DNA of 64,000 bases from an uncultured Candidatus Saccharibacteria bacterium (GTDB taxonomy: Bacteria > Patescibacteriota > SOKK01), in the NCBI GenBank assembly GCA_964518965.1, contig CAZFJP010000002.1, positions 7,795 through 71,794 on the forward strand. Reading direction: 5' to 3'. Of this stretch, positions 35,521-46,071 are shown piece after piece; the first letter of the stretch is position 1, and each line of letters opens with the position of its first letter. The position numbers and the translations under genes were made by a program. The notes under the pieces were generated by a model. The model searched no databases. It was not told the origin of the DNA and was given only the letters and a program-made list of their open reading frames with translations.

Positions 35521-37752
35521 TAGAAACTCTTTGATTAACTTCTCTGCCTTGTAAATATCATTAATCCATTTAATCCTCTTGTCTTTTCTAAACCAGGTTA
35601 ATTGCCGCTTGGCATAGTGTCTCGTGTCTGCTTGGATTTTCTCAATTGTTTTTTGAGGAACTTTATATTGTTTAATTTCCTGAGGAGAAAGATTCTTAAA
35701 ATCATTAGCAATCTGCCGATAACCAATTCCTGAGAATGCTTCATGACTGAAATCATACTTTTTCAAATATAATTTTCTTACTTCATCTACTAATCCTTCC
35801 TTAATCATTTTTAAAACTCGTTTGTTAATTCGCTGATAAAGTTTCTCGCGAGGAATGTCAATGCCAATTAAAAGAACATTGAAGTTCGGTTTTTTGAGAT
35901 TCCTTTTTTTAATGATCGACTGACCAGTTTTGATAATCACTTCTAGCGCTCTTACTACTCGGCGCTTATTCTTTAAATCAATCTTCCGGTAAGCTAATGG
36001 ATCTTTCTTTTTTAACTCTTTCTTTAATTCTACTAGAGACTGGGATTCTAGTTTCTGACGAAGTTTATAATTAGGTTTATCATGGGGTAAAACATAGCCA
36101 TCTACCACCGCATTAATATAGAGTCCTGTTCCTCCAACAAGGAATGGCAAATGACCTCTTTGCCAGATTTTTACCATTGTTTTTTGCGCTAATTTCTGAT
36201 AGTCAGAAACGGTAAATTTCTGATTTGGTCTTTTAATATCTATCAAAAATTGAGTAATTTTTTTATCCTTAGCTGTACCAATATCTAAACCCTTGTAAAT
36301 TTGGCGACTATCAGCCGAAATAATTTCGCCTTTGAATTTCTTGGCTAATCTACTCGCCCACTTGGTTTTCCCCGATGCTGTCGGTCCCAAAATAACTACT
36401 AGCTTTCTTCCTGACTCTGCCCTCTGCCCTGTGCCCTCTGCCCTTATTCCTTCAAGACCAAATGATTGCCCTTTCGTAATCCTCACTGGTATAAATTTTC
36501 CAATCAAATTATTACCACCCTTAAACTTTACCGTGTGAAATCCATTGTCCTTCCCTAACCAATAACCATTTTTCTTTCTTTCTACTAGAACAAGAAGTTC
36601 TTTTCCAATCAACTTTTGATTTTTCTTTTTTGCTATCTCGGCTAAAACTTTATTTAACTTCAGATCGCGTCTTTTTTTCTCTTCCAAAGAAACATTGTCT
36701 TGTAATTGAAAGGCGACAGTTTTTTCTCGCGGCGAGTAACGACTGATATAGGCCATATCAAACTGTACTTCCCGAAACAACTTTACAGTGTTCTCAAATT
36801 GTTCCCTTGTTTCTCCGGGAAAACCAACAATAATATCCGTAGATATTGTAACTTCCGGAACTGCTTTACGAATCTTACCAATCAGTTTCTTGAAATATTC
36901 CCCAGTATATTTACGATTCATTTTCTTTAAAATTTGATTGTCGCCAGACTGCACTGCCAGATGAAGATATTTCGTCACCTTGTCTAAAGTGGCTATCGCC
37001 TGAATCAGTTGAGACGACAAGTCCTTTGGGTGAGAAGTCAGGAATCTAATCCAGAAGTTGCCTTTGACGCCATTTAATAATTCCAGTAATTGGGGAAATG
37101 GTTCAGTGAATTTTAACCTCTGCCCCCTGCCCTTTGACCTCTGCCCTGAGTAGCTATTAACATTCTGCCCCAACAACGTAATCTCTTTATACCCCCGTCC
37201 TACCAAACCCTTCACTTCCTCATAAATCTCCTTCATCGGTCGGCTTTCTTCTCTTCCTCTTGCATAAGGAACCACACAATAAGCACAAAAATTATTGCAA
37301 CCAAAGGAAATTGGAACATAAGCCTGAAAGTTAGAGTTATGTTTTGGTGGGATTGTAAAAAATTGTTTGATTCTTTGTTCTCGAATCGTAGGAAAATATT
37401 TCACCAATTCTCTATCCCATTCACCTAGTTCTTTAATCGGCAAATATAAAACTGGTCGCTTAAATTGCTTTTGTAGATAACCTGGATCATGATACAACAT
37501 GCAGCCAGTTAAAACAATTTTTAAACTTTTTTTAACCGGATGATTTTTCGTTAACATATTTACTAAACCAATCACCCGATTCTCCGCCGATCGCCGCACC
37601 GAGCAAGTATTAAAAACCAATAAATCTAACTTTTGCCAACTATCAGTTTCACAAAATCCAAGTTTATTCAAATAAGCCGCGATACGTTCAGAATCGGACT
37701 GATTCATCTGACAACCAAAAGTTAAAATTTTGTAGAACAATTTTCTTAACAT
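35491..37752 (-). CDS. miaB-miaA: Fused MiaB (tRNA methylthiotransferase) - MiaA (tRNA dimethylallyltransferase)
   Basis: TFGCQMN, GCNNFCAYC radical-SAM motif and TRAM-like end, then GPTASGKT, SADSRQIY, VGGTGLY, TRHYAKRQLTWF in one frame. Confidence 0.92.
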   Translation of the reverse strand: MLRKLFYKILTFGCQMNQSDSERIAAYLNKLGFCETDSWQKLDLLVFNTCSVRRSAENRVIGLVNMLTKNHPVKKSLKIVLTGCMLYHDPGYLQKQFKRPVLYLPIKELGEWDRELVKYFPTIREQRIKQFFTIPPKHNSNFQAYVPISFGCNNFCAYCVVPYARGREESRPMKEIYEEVKGLVGRGYKEITLLGQNVNSYSGQRSKGRGQRLKFTEPFPQLLELLNGVKGNFWIRFLTSHPKDLSSQLIQAIATLDKVTKYLHLAVQSGDNQILKKMNRKYTGEYFKKLIGKIRKAVPEVTISTDIIVGFPGETREQFENTVKLFREVQFDMAYISRYSPREKTVAFQLQDNVSLEEKKRRDLKLNKVLAEIAKKKNQKLIGKELLVLVERKKNGYWLGKDNGFHTVKFKGGNNLIGKFIPVRITKGQSFGLEGIRAEGTGQRAESGRKLVVILGPTASGKTKWASRLAKKFKGEIISADSRQIYKGLDIGTAKDKKITQFLIDIKRPNQKFTVSDYQKLAQKTMVKIWQRGHLPFLVGGTGLYINAVVDGYVLPHDKPNYKLRQKLESQSLVELKKELKKKDPLAYRKIDLKNKRRVVRALEVIIKTGQSIIKKRNLKKPNFNVLLIGIDIPREKLYQRINKRVLKMIKEGLVDEVRKLYLKKYDFSHEAFSGIGYRQIANDFKNLSPQEIKQYKVPQKTIEKIQADTRHYAKRQLTWFRKDKRIKWINDIYKAEKLIKEFLKDRRLKAEG

Positions 37753-37863
37753 AACAATCTTATTGTAGCATAGAGAAATTAAGAGAAAATTAATCCCGCC
37801 ATAAAGGCAGGATTTTTGCTTTTAGATAAATATTGGTCAAGAAAAAGCGGCCCTGAAGGCCGC

Positions 37864-38424
37864 TTAGATATCGGGAGGAAACGAGGAAGAGCAAAAAATT
37901 CTGATCGCCTCTTCCTCGCTAAATTGACTTTCATACTGCTTTTGGACGCGATTAAAGTCGCGCCAGAAAGAGATCAGCCCCGCGAAAGGAGCAAGAAAGA
38001 AGGCAGTGTATTTACCACGAAAGATTATTCCGCGGTAAATTACCCCACCGCCTTCAAGATGCAGGGGGTAACGATCATGGTGAATCTTCTTCGGCCGAGG
38101 GTAATCAGCACAAAGAAAGAGAAGAACCCAGTCGATGGAAAAGCTGCTGGATAAGCCAAATAGAAAAAAAACTGCAACAGCCAGAGTACCTTTGATACCC
38201 CAGTAAACCTGAACGGGGAAGAAACCCCAGATAGGGATTTCGGCTATCCTAGCCGCAAGCGGCGAGATCAGCACTGCTGCTAAAACCGCTGCAACGAATC
38301 CCACCCCTATACCCAAGACCATAGAAACACTCGTCAAAGGAATCCGTCTTATAAGACGGACCGGAAGAGCAAATAGCAACAAAAACAACGGCTCAAAAGC
38401 TGCGAAAAACTTGTTAGCATCCAT
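37864..38424 (-). CDS. Hypothetical membrane protein
   Basis: GAGGAGG SD, own promoter (TTGACT-17-TAGGAT), several TM segments. Confidence 0.55.
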   Translation of the reverse strand: MDANKFFAAFEPLFLLLFALPVRLIRRIPLTSVSMVLGIGVGFVAAVLAAVLISPLAARIAEIPIWGFFPVQVYWGIKGTLAVAVFFLFGLSSSFSIDWVLLFLCADYPRPKKIHHDRYPLHLEGGGVIYRGIIFRGKYTAFFLAPFAGLISFWRDFNRVQKQYESQFSEEEAIRIFCSSSFPPDI

Positions 38425-38560
38425 CCATATCTTGCCTCCTCAGAAAAATAAAAAATAAAAGAGCATGGGTTAATGACTTACTATCCTAACACAAAAGTAT
38501 CTGAAAGTCAATGCTAAAGCCCTAAAATTATGTTATAATATCCTTGAAATAACAACGAAA

Positions 38561-39043
38561 ATGCGCACCAATCAATGGCTAAGACAACAATTAACCCTAA
38601 TCTGGCATAACTTCTTTCCAGAATTAAAAAAGCGTAATCCGATTGAAATTAAATTCGGAAGACGTTGTCGCACCCGATTAGGATCAATTAAACTGGAAGG
38701 AAGAAAAACAGTCATTACGATTAACGGATTATTCCAAAACGAGTCCGTTCCCGATTATGTTATCACCGGAACTATTGCTCATGAGTTAACTCACTATGCC
38801 CACGGTTTTAGCTCGCCGCATCCCCAACTGCAACGCTACCCTCATCAAGGCGGCATTGTTAAAAAAGATTTGGAAAAACGGGGTCTAAAAAATATTTTAG
38901 TAAAACAGAAAAAATGGTTGAAGAGTAACTGGTTAAATTATTTGAAAAAATATTTTCCTTATACGTATTGTCCTCGCCATGTACCATACGGTACATGGCG
39001 CCGACGACGATATGTTTATCGATTTAATTTCTGGCCTTTTTAA
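38561..39043 (+). CDS. SprT-like zinc metalloprotease
   Basis: RLGSI, IAHELTHYAHG (HExxH), PHQGG. Confidence 0.75.
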   Translation: MRTNQWLRQQLTLIWHNFFPELKKRNPIEIKFGRRCRTRLGSIKLEGRKTVITINGLFQNESVPDYVITGTIAHELTHYAHGFSSPHPQLQRYPHQGGIVKKDLEKRGLKNILVKQKKWLKSNWLNYLKKYFPYTYCPRHVPYGTWRRRRYVYRFNFWPF

Positions 39044-39712
39044 ATGGGTACTCTTTATATTGTCGCTACACCAATTGGCAACTTAAAAGATATCACTTTT
39101 CGCACCTTAGAAACGCTCAAATCTGCTGATTTAATTGTTGCGGAAGATACCAGACAAACCAAAAAACTTTTGGATCACTATCAGATTCAAAAACCCCTGG
39201 AAAGCTATCATCAACACAGCCACGAAGATAAAATTGATTACTTGATTAGCCAATTAAATCAAGGGAAAACTCTAGCGCTAGTTACCGATGGCGGGACACC
39301 AGGAATTGCTGATCCCGGAAACCTCTTTGTTGAAAGAGTATTAGAAAAATCTCCCGACGTAAAGATTATCCCTATCCCCGGCCCTAGTGCTTTAACTACT
39401 CTTGCAAGTGTGAGTGGAATTAACATGGACGAATTTTATTTCGTCGGTTTTCTCCCTCACAAAAAAGGGCGTAAGAAAAAACTAGAAAACTTAAAAAATA
39501 TTACTGTCCCGATTATCATTTATGAATCGCCTTATCGGATTTACAAACTATTGCGAGAAATCAATGATTATCTGGGCAATAAAGAAATAATTATCGGCAG
39601 AGAATTAACAAAAAAGTTTGAAGAAATTATCCGCGGAAAAGTTTCGGAAATTCTAGCTAAACAATTCAAAAATAAAGGAGAATTTGTCCTTATTATTAAA
39701 CCTGATGAATAA
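39044..39712 (+). CDS. rsmI: 16S rRNA C1402 2'-O-methyltransferase
   Basis: LYIVATPIGNLKDIT, AEDTR, DGGTPGIADPG, YESPYR, RELTKKFEE. Confidence 0.97.
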   Translation: MGTLYIVATPIGNLKDITFRTLETLKSADLIVAEDTRQTKKLLDHYQIQKPLESYHQHSHEDKIDYLISQLNQGKTLALVTDGGTPGIADPGNLFVERVLEKSPDVKIIPIPGPSALTTLASVSGINMDEFYFVGFLPHKKGRKKKLENLKNITVPIIIYESPYRIYKLLREINDYLGNKEIIIGRELTKKFEEIIRGKVSEILAKQFKNKGEFVLIIKPDE

Positions 39713-41159
39713 ATTTTACGTTACCACATCAATTGCTTATGCTAACGCCAAACCCCATATTGGCTTTGCCTTAGAATCTGTGCAAGCAGACGTTTTAGCA
39801 CGTCTAAACAGACAAAAAGGTGAAAAGACCTTCTTTTTAACTGGTACTGATGAAAACGGTAGTAAAATCTATCGCGCTGCTAAAGAAGCCGGAAAAGAAC
39901 CTCAACAGTTTTGCGATAAAATCTCCCAGCAATTTCGCGAGTTAAAAAAAGTGCTTAATCTTTCTAATGACGATTTTATTCGCACTACAGACAAAAAACA
40001 CCATAAAGCAGCACAAACACTTTGGAAATTATGTCAAAAAGATATTTATAAGAAAAAATACCAGGGATATTACTGTGTTGGCTGCGAAGCATTTGTCAAA
40101 GAAAAAGATCTAGTAAATGGTCTTTGCCCTAATCACAAAAAAGCGCCTGAAAAAATAGCAGAAGAAAATTACTTTTTTAAATTATCTAAATATCAAAAAC
40201 CATTACTGGAATTCTATCAAAAAAATCCCGAATTTATTATCCCCCAAAAAAGATTTAACGAAATTAAACACTTAGTTGAAGAAGGACTAGAGGATATTAG
40301 TATCTCCCGTTCCAAAGATAAGTTACCTTGGGGTATCCCTGTTCCAGACGACGATTCACAAACAATGTACGTCTGGTTTGATGCATTAACTAACTATATT
40401 TCAGGATTAGATTGGCCCGAAAAAAGCGAACAGTTCAAGACATTCTGGCCAGCAGATGTTCACATCATCGGAAAAGATATTAATCGTTTTCACACTGTAC
40501 TTTGGCCTGCAATGTTAATGAGTGCCGGAATTGAATTACCGAAACAAGTTTTAGTCCACGGATTTATCAATGCAGAAGGAAAAAAGATGAGTAAATCCTT
40601 AGGCAATGTAATTGATCCTGTAGAGCTAGTTAAAAAATACGGAACTGATGCGGTGCGTTATTATTTATTGCGCGAAATTCCCACCACCGAGGATGGTGAT
40701 TTCAGTGAAGTAAAGTTCCAAGAACGTTACAACAAAGATTTGGCTAACGATCTTGGCAATCTTTTAAACCGCGTGCTTACAATGATGAATCGTTACCAAG
40801 TAAAACCAGTTGAATTTAAAAAACAATATACCAGTTTAGCAGAAATGAAAAAAGATTATCCTCATTTATTTTTCTTTAAAAACCTCAACTACGATAAATA
40901 TCTCAAACAATTCCGTTTTGATCTTGCTTTGGGAGAAGTTTTCAAATTAGTCGCAGAATCCAATCAAGTGGTAGATCAGAAAAAACCTTGGGAATTGGCA
41001 AAAAGCGATCCGAAAAAATTAGTGTTGGTACTACAAAATCTTTATAGCCGCTTGGCAGTAATTGCTTGTTTATTAGCACCTTTCCTACCAGAAACCTCCG
41101 AGAAAATCAACCAACAACTAAAAACCTTTGAACCAGAAGTATTATTTCCTAAAATTTAA
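39705..41159 (+). CDS. metG: Methionine--tRNA ligase (short form)
   Basis: YANAKPHIG, YVWFDAL.NY, IGKDI.RFH, KMSKS. Confidence 0.97.
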   Translation: MNKFYVTTSIAYANAKPHIGFALESVQADVLARLNRQKGEKTFFLTGTDENGSKIYRAAKEAGKEPQQFCDKISQQFRELKKVLNLSNDDFIRTTDKKHHKAAQTLWKLCQKDIYKKKYQGYYCVGCEAFVKEKDLVNGLCPNHKKAPEKIAEENYFFKLSKYQKPLLEFYQKNPEFIIPQKRFNEIKHLVEEGLEDISISRSKDKLPWGIPVPDDDSQTMYVWFDALTNYISGLDWPEKSEQFKTFWPADVHIIGKDINRFHTVLWPAMLMSAGIELPKQVLVHGFINAEGKKMSKSLGNVIDPVELVKKYGTDAVRYYLLREIPTTEDGDFSEVKFQERYNKDLANDLGNLLNRVLTMMNRYQVKPVEFKKQYTSLAEMKKDYPHLFFFKNLNYDKYLKQFRFDLALGEVFKLVAESNQVVDQKKPWELAKSDPKKLVLVLQNLYSRLAVIACLLAPFLPETSEKINQQLKTFEPEVLFPKI

Positions 41160-41161
41160 GG

Positions 41162-41995
41162 ATGATTTTGCCGATTCTTGCCGCGGTAAGCCGTGCCACA
41201 GAAATCATTGTTGATAAAGAAGTCCTTTCTCGTCAAAAACTCAATTTCAAAACCTATCTTTTAGGAGGATTTACTTTCGTTCTCCTAATTGCAACAGTGA
41301 TTGGATTAACATGGGGAAAAGTTTCGCCGGATTTTTTTAAATTACCCTACCTTCTAGCATTCTTAGGAATTATCGCTACTGCTGTTGGCTGGAATTCAAT
41401 CTTCTATCGCGCAATTCAAAAAGAAAAACTGAGTGATGCAGAACCCATTATTCTCGCAACACCGCTGATGGTCATTCTTATCTCTGCTATCTTTATCCCT
41501 GAGGAACGTAAGTGGAGCTATATCGTCCTTGCTTTAATTGCCTCTCTAAGTGTCATCGCGAGTCGCTTTCAACGCAAACATCTCCACTTCAACATTTACT
41601 CACTTGCTCTTATTGGCTACGCGATCCTCTTTGGCTTTGAAGCACTTTTTGTAAAAGTAGTCCTTGCAAACTGCAACCCCTTTGCACTTTATCCTCTGCG
41701 CGTGCTATTTGTAATGACTATTTTAGCAGCAATTTTCCGTCCCTCATTTAAAGGACTATCCCATAAAAACTGGATTTCTTTATTTGTCATTGGTTTTATT
41801 GCCAATGCCTATCATCTTTTACTCTACTTCAGCTATGCTAAATATGGCATTTCCGTAACCGCTCTTTTCACGGTACTTGAACCGATTTTGGTTTATCTCG
41901 CATCACTAATGCTTTTCAAAGAAAAATTCCAACTGCGAAATATCATCGCCGCCGCAATTGTACTATTCTGCGTAATTTATGCTCAATTTATTTGA
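41162..41995 (+). CDS. DMT/EamA family transporter
   Basis: About 10 TM segments in two repeats. Confidence 0.8.
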   Translation: MILPILAAVSRATEIIVDKEVLSRQKLNFKTYLLGGFTFVLLIATVIGLTWGKVSPDFFKLPYLLAFLGIIATAVGWNSIFYRAIQKEKLSDAEPIILATPLMVILISAIFIPEERKWSYIVLALIASLSVIASRFQRKHLHFNIYSLALIGYAILFGFEALFVKVVLANCNPFALYPLRVLFVMTILAAIFRPSFKGLSHKNWISLFVIGFIANAYHLLLYFSYAKYGISVTALFTVLEPILVYLASLMLFKEKFQLRNIIAAAIVLFCVIYAQFI

Positions 41996-42825
41996 TTATG
42001 TACGATACTCACTGTCATCTTAACTTTAAAGATTTTGATTCTGACCGAGAAAGGGTAATTGAACGCGCCAAAAGTTCTAAGATTACCGGAATCATTAACC
42101 CCGGTGCAAGCTTAAGAGACAGCCGCACTGCCGCAGAGCTATCAGCGAAATATCCTTTTATCCACGCGGCAGTTGGTCTCCATCCTCACGAAGCCCAAGC
42201 GTTAAATAATAAAGATATTAATTTAGTTATTGAGAAAATAGCAGGATTGATTAAAAAGAATAAAAAAATTGTCGCGATTGGCGAAACGGGATTAGATTAT
42301 CACAATGTTGCTGAATATTTAAATAAGAAAAATTTGGCTGAAGAAGAAATAGTAAAAGAAGTAACACGTGTCAAAGAAACACAAATTGAATTATTCAAGG
42401 CACACCTAGATTTAGCAATAAAGAAAAACCTCCCGGTAATCATTCACTGTCGCGAGGCATATCTAGAAATGCTAGATCTCTTAAAAGGACAAAAGATTTC
42501 CGGAGTAGTTCACTGTTTCAGCGGCACTTTCAAAGAAGCACAGGAATTTTTGAAAATGGGATTTTACTTGTCATTCACAGGAGTAATTACTTTTGTCAAA
42601 GATGACGATGAGTTAATTAAAATCGTTAGAGAAACTCCATTGAACAAAATATTATTAGAAACCGATGCGCCGTTTTTAACTCCCGAGCCCTATCGCGGCA
42701 AAAGAAACGAACCGGCATTTGTCAGATTTATTGCTGAAAAAATCGCGGAGATTAAAGGGATTTCGGTAGAAGAAACCATTAAAGTCACTGATGAAAATAC
42801 CAAAAAGTTGTTTGGAATTGACTAA
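41992..42825 (+). CDS. tatD: TatD family hydrolase/DNase
   Basis: DTHCHL, GLHPH, AIGETGLDY, IIHCRE, VHCFSG, LLETDAPFL. Confidence 0.96.
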   Translation: MIMYDTHCHLNFKDFDSDRERVIERAKSSKITGIINPGASLRDSRTAAELSAKYPFIHAAVGLHPHEAQALNNKDINLVIEKIAGLIKKNKKIVAIGETGLDYHNVAEYLNKKNLAEEEIVKEVTRVKETQIELFKAHLDLAIKKNLPVIIHCREAYLEMLDLLKGQKISGVVHCFSGTFKEAQEFLKMGFYLSFTGVITFVKDDDELIKIVRETPLNKILLETDAPFLTPEPYRGKRNEPAFVRFIAEKIAEIKGISVEETIKVTDENTKKLFGID

Positions 42826-42924
42826 ATTTCCAAGAGCGGGATTTTTATTTGCTCAAATTTTTCTCTTGACAGGTATGTTATATATGTTATAACTTAAGAA
42901 AGTCGGTAAGAAAGGAGTGGTCAT

Positions 42925-42981
42925 ATGACTAGAAAACGCTACCTGCTTCGCCCGGTAGCTCATTGCTGCTCGGGCTCTTGA
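42925..42981 (+). CDS. Candidate 18-aa small peptide (MTRKRYLLRPVAHCCSGS) or structured sRNA
   Basis: TTGACA-16-TATAAC promoter at 42866, AAAGGAG SD, terminator 43001-43032. Confidence 0.4.
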   Translation: MTRKRYLLRPVAHCCSGS

Positions 42982-43000
42982 CCTCCGACCGAATAATTTT

Positions 43001-43032
43001 AAAAAACGACCCCGTTTTCTCGGGGTCGTTTT
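43001..43032. terminator. Bidirectional intrinsic terminator
   Basis: AAAAAACGACCCCG-ttttct-CGGGGTCGTTTT. Confidence 0.85.
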
Positions 43033-43052
43033 CCTATTCTGGAAAACAAAAC

Positions 43053-44948
43053 TTATTTTTTCTTCTCATCCTTTACCTCTTCATACTCGCCTTCTTTTAC
43101 ATTCCCTTTCTTATCCTGGGGACCGGCTTGCTGTGTCCCTGTCTGCTGTTGTTTCTGATACATCGCCTGACCAATTTTTTGCGCCGCTTGAGATAACTCG
43201 TCACTGGCTTTTTTGATTGCTTCAACGTCTTCACCATCTTTCACTTTCTTTAATGTTTCAATTTTACCCTCAATTTCCTTCTTGTCACCAGCAGCAATTT
43301 TATCGCCGGCATCTTTTAAAGCTCTTTCGGTAGAAGTAATTAAAATTTCCGCATTATTTTTTGCCTCTACTTTTTCCTTCTTTTTTCGATCTTCCTCAGC
43401 ATGAGCCTCAGCATCTTTTTTCATTCTTTCCACTTCTTCCTCACTCAAACCAGAAGAGGCAGTAATAGTAATCTTTTGTTCTTTACCTGTAGCTTTATCC
43501 TTCGCAGAAACATTCAAAATGCCATTAGCATCAATATCAAAAGAAACTTCAATTTGGGGAACACCACGCGGTGCTGGCGGAATGCCGTCTAGGATAAATC
43601 TTCCCAGAGTTTTATTATCAGCTGCCATCGGGCGCTCGCCTTGGAGAACGTGAATTTCTACTGACGGCTGATTATCAGTGGCAGTAGAAAAAATTTGAGT
43701 CTTAGCTGTTGGAATGGTAGTATTTGCTTCAATTAACTTTGTGAAGACACCACCTAAAGTTTCAATCCCAAGCGATAATGGCGTAACATCCAATAACAAA
43801 ACATCCTTGACGTCACCGGTCATTACTCCACCTTGAACTGCCGCACCGATTGCCACTACTTCGTCAGGATTAACACCCTTGTGTGGCTCTTTGCCAAATA
43901 AATCTTTAACTACTTTCTGAACTGCAGGCATACGCGTCTGACCACCAACTAAAACCACCTCATCAATGTCTTTTGCTTCTAATTTTGCGTCTTTCAAAGC
44001 CTTCTTACAAGGTTCAATAGTTCTATTAATTAAATCCGCAGTTAATTCCTCCAACTTGGCACGGCTTAATTTAATATCAAGATGTTTGGGACCCGAACTA
44101 TCAGTAGTAATAAAAGGAATATTTACATCAGTTTCCATTGTTGAGGAAAGTTCAATTTTTGCCTTCTCCGCAGCTTCTTTTAAGCGCTGGAGCGCCATTT
44201 TATCATTGCGCAAATCAATCCCTTGATCTTTTTTAAATTCATCGGCTAAATAATTGATAATTACCTGATCAAAATCGTCACCACCCAAGTGGGTATCACC
44301 ATTGGTGGACTTAACTTCAACAACATCATCACCTACTTCAAGAATGGAAATATCAAAGGTTCCTCCACCAAGATCATAGACTGCAATCTTCTCATTCTTT
44401 TTCTTATTTAACCCATAAGCAAGCGCGGCAGCAGTCGGTTCATTAATAATTCTTTTGACATCAAAGCCAGCAATTTTACCTGCATCTTTAGTGGCCTGAC
44501 GTTGTGAATCATCAAAGTAAGCCGGGACTGTAATTACTGCTTCGGTAATTTTTTCACCAAGGTAATCCTCCGCATCTGCCTTCAATTTCTGCAAAATCAT
44601 CGCGGAAATTTCCTGGGGAGTATAATCTTTGCCGCCCATTTCTACTTTAACACCATCTCCCGCCTGTTTAATTTTATAAGGCATCGTTTTTAGATCGCGC
44701 TGAACCTCAGGATCATCAAAACGACGGCCAATCAAACGTTTAACGGAAAAAATGGTATTGTCAGGATTTGTGACCGCTTGACGCTTTGCTAACTGTCCCA
44801 CTAAACGTTCACCTTTTTTATCAATGGCAACAATAGAAGGGGTAGTGCGATTACCTTCTTTATTCGCAATTACAGTTGGTTCTCCACCCTCCATTACTGC
44901 CATACAAGAGTTAGTAGTCCCTAAATCAATTCCTAAAATTTTACTCAT
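43053..44948 (-). CDS. dnaK: Chaperone DnaK
   Basis: [28 protein letters not shown]. Confidence 0.99.
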   Translation of the reverse strand: MSKILGIDLGTTNSCMAVMEGGEPTVIANKEGNRTTPSIVAIDKKGERLVGQLAKRQAVTNPDNTIFSVKRLIGRRFDDPEVQRDLKTMPYKIKQAGDGVKVEMGGKDYTPQEISAMILQKLKADAEDYLGEKITEAVITVPAYFDDSQRQATKDAGKIAGFDVKRIINEPTAAALAYGLNKKKNEKIAVYDLGGGTFDISILEVGDDVVEVKSTNGDTHLGGDDFDQVIINYLADEFKKDQGIDLRNDKMALQRLKEAAEKAKIELSSTMETDVNIPFITTDSSGPKHLDIKLSRAKLEELTADLINRTIEPCKKALKDAKLEAKDIDEVVLVGGQTRMPAVQKVVKDLFGKEPHKGVNPDEVVAIGAAVQGGVMTGDVKDVLLLDVTPLSLGIETLGGVFTKLIEANTTIPTAKTQIFSTATDNQPSVEIHVLQGERPMAADNKTLGRFILDGIPPAPRGVPQIEVSFDIDANGILNVSAKDKATGKEQKITITASSGLSEEEVERMKKDAEAHAEEDRKKKEKVEAKNNAEILITSTERALKDAGDKIAAGDKKEIEGKIETLKKVKDGEDVEAIKKASDELSQAAQKIGQAMYQKQQQTGTQQAGPQDKKGNVKEGEYEEVKDEKKK

Positions 44949-45047
44949 AATTTTTCTCCTTGTCACGCTTTCAGAGCGCAACTTAATTAAAAAATAATTT
45001 AGGTACGAGACAGCAAGAATAAACTTGCTATCTCGATACTTAAACTA

Positions 45048-45506
45048 TTATTTTTTAGCCGCTTTTAACTGCGGTTTTACTCTCACAACTTCAATCTTCT
45101 TTGGTTCCTGCTTTGGCAATTCTACTTTAAGAATGCCGTTATCAAACTCGGCTTTGACCTTGTTACTTTTAATCGCCGTCGGCAAAGCAATACTGCGAGA
45201 GAAAGAACCACTTTGAATCTCTTTGTAGTAGTAATTTTTCTTGCTTACTTCTTTCTCACGCTTGGATTTGCCAGAAATTGTGAGAGCATCATCGGAAACC
45301 GAAATATCAATGTCTTCTGGATCAAATCCGGCAAGTGCCATTTCCACAGTTACTTTCTTGTCATCTTGAGACACATCAATAGCAGGAACAACTGAGCCTT
45401 TTGCAGGTAAAATCCCCCTGCGGGTTAGTCCCTCATTAAAGAGACGATCCATTTCCTCTGAGAAGGCTCGCATCTCTCGGAAAGGATCCCAGAGTGCTAA
45501 ACTCAT
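45048..45506 (-). CDS. Hsp20/alpha-crystallin small heat-shock protein
   Basis: WDPFRE, PAIDV, GSFSRSIALP, AEFDNGILKVELPK. Confidence 0.95.
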   Translation of the reverse strand: MSLALWDPFREMRAFSEEMDRLFNEGLTRRGILPAKGSVVPAIDVSQDDKKVTVEMALAGFDPEDIDISVSDDALTISGKSKREKEVSKKNYYYKEIQSGSFSRSIALPTAIKSNKVKAEFDNGILKVELPKQEPKKIEVVRVKPQLKAAKK

Positions 45507-45562
45507 TTTGGTACTCCTTTCTTTAAGATTAAAGATTATTAATTTAAAATTTCAATTCCAAA

Positions 45563-46063
45563 CTATTTAGCCACTTTCACTTTTGCTGGTCTAATCACTC
45601 TATCATGCAATTTAAATCCTCTTGCCAACTCTTGGACAATCATCCCTGATTTAAATTTTTTATTCTTGACATGTTCAACCGCTTCATGAAGATTCGGATC
45701 AAATTCTTTACCCTCAGTCTCTACCTCGGTAACTCCATTCTCTCGCAAGACATTCAGTAATTGATCTTGAATAGCAATGATCCCTGCTATCCATTTGTTA
45801 TCTTTTAAATTTTCGGGAAGATTATTCAAGGCATGGTCAAAATTATCAATCACAGGCAATAACTGAAGAATCAAATCAGTATTGCAGAATTTCATTAATT
45901 CTAAACGATTTTTCTCCATCCGCTTGCGATAATTAAGATAATCTGCTTTCGCACGCTGCCAGCCGGAAAGATACTCTTTAGCCTGTGCTTGTGCTTTCTT
46001 TAACTCCGCTAATTCTGATTTTTCCTTGTGTTGATGAGATAATCTTGACTTAGCTTTTTTCAT
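45563..46063 (-). CDS. grpE: Nucleotide exchange factor GrpE
   Basis: QRAKADYLNYRKR, LLPVIDNF, FDPNLHEAV, VIRPAKVKV. Confidence 0.97.
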   Translation of the reverse strand: MKKAKSRLSHQHKEKSELAELKKAQAQAKEYLSGWQRAKADYLNYRKRMEKNRLELMKFCNTDLILQLLPVIDNFDHALNNLPENLKDNKWIAGIIAIQDQLLNVLRENGVTEVETEGKEFDPNLHEAVEHVKNKKFKSGMIVQELARGFKLHDRVIRPAKVKVAK

Positions 46064-46071
46064 AGAAGATA

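Noticed and set aside
37816-38154. 112-aa plus-strand ORF
   Set aside because: Antisense to ORF 37864-38424, which has the SD and promoter; no recognisable motif.
42949-42965. tRNA-like 5' fragment (GCCCGGTAGCTCA)
   Set aside because: No adjacent cognate tRNA or other arms; better explained as part of the local hairpin/small ORF.
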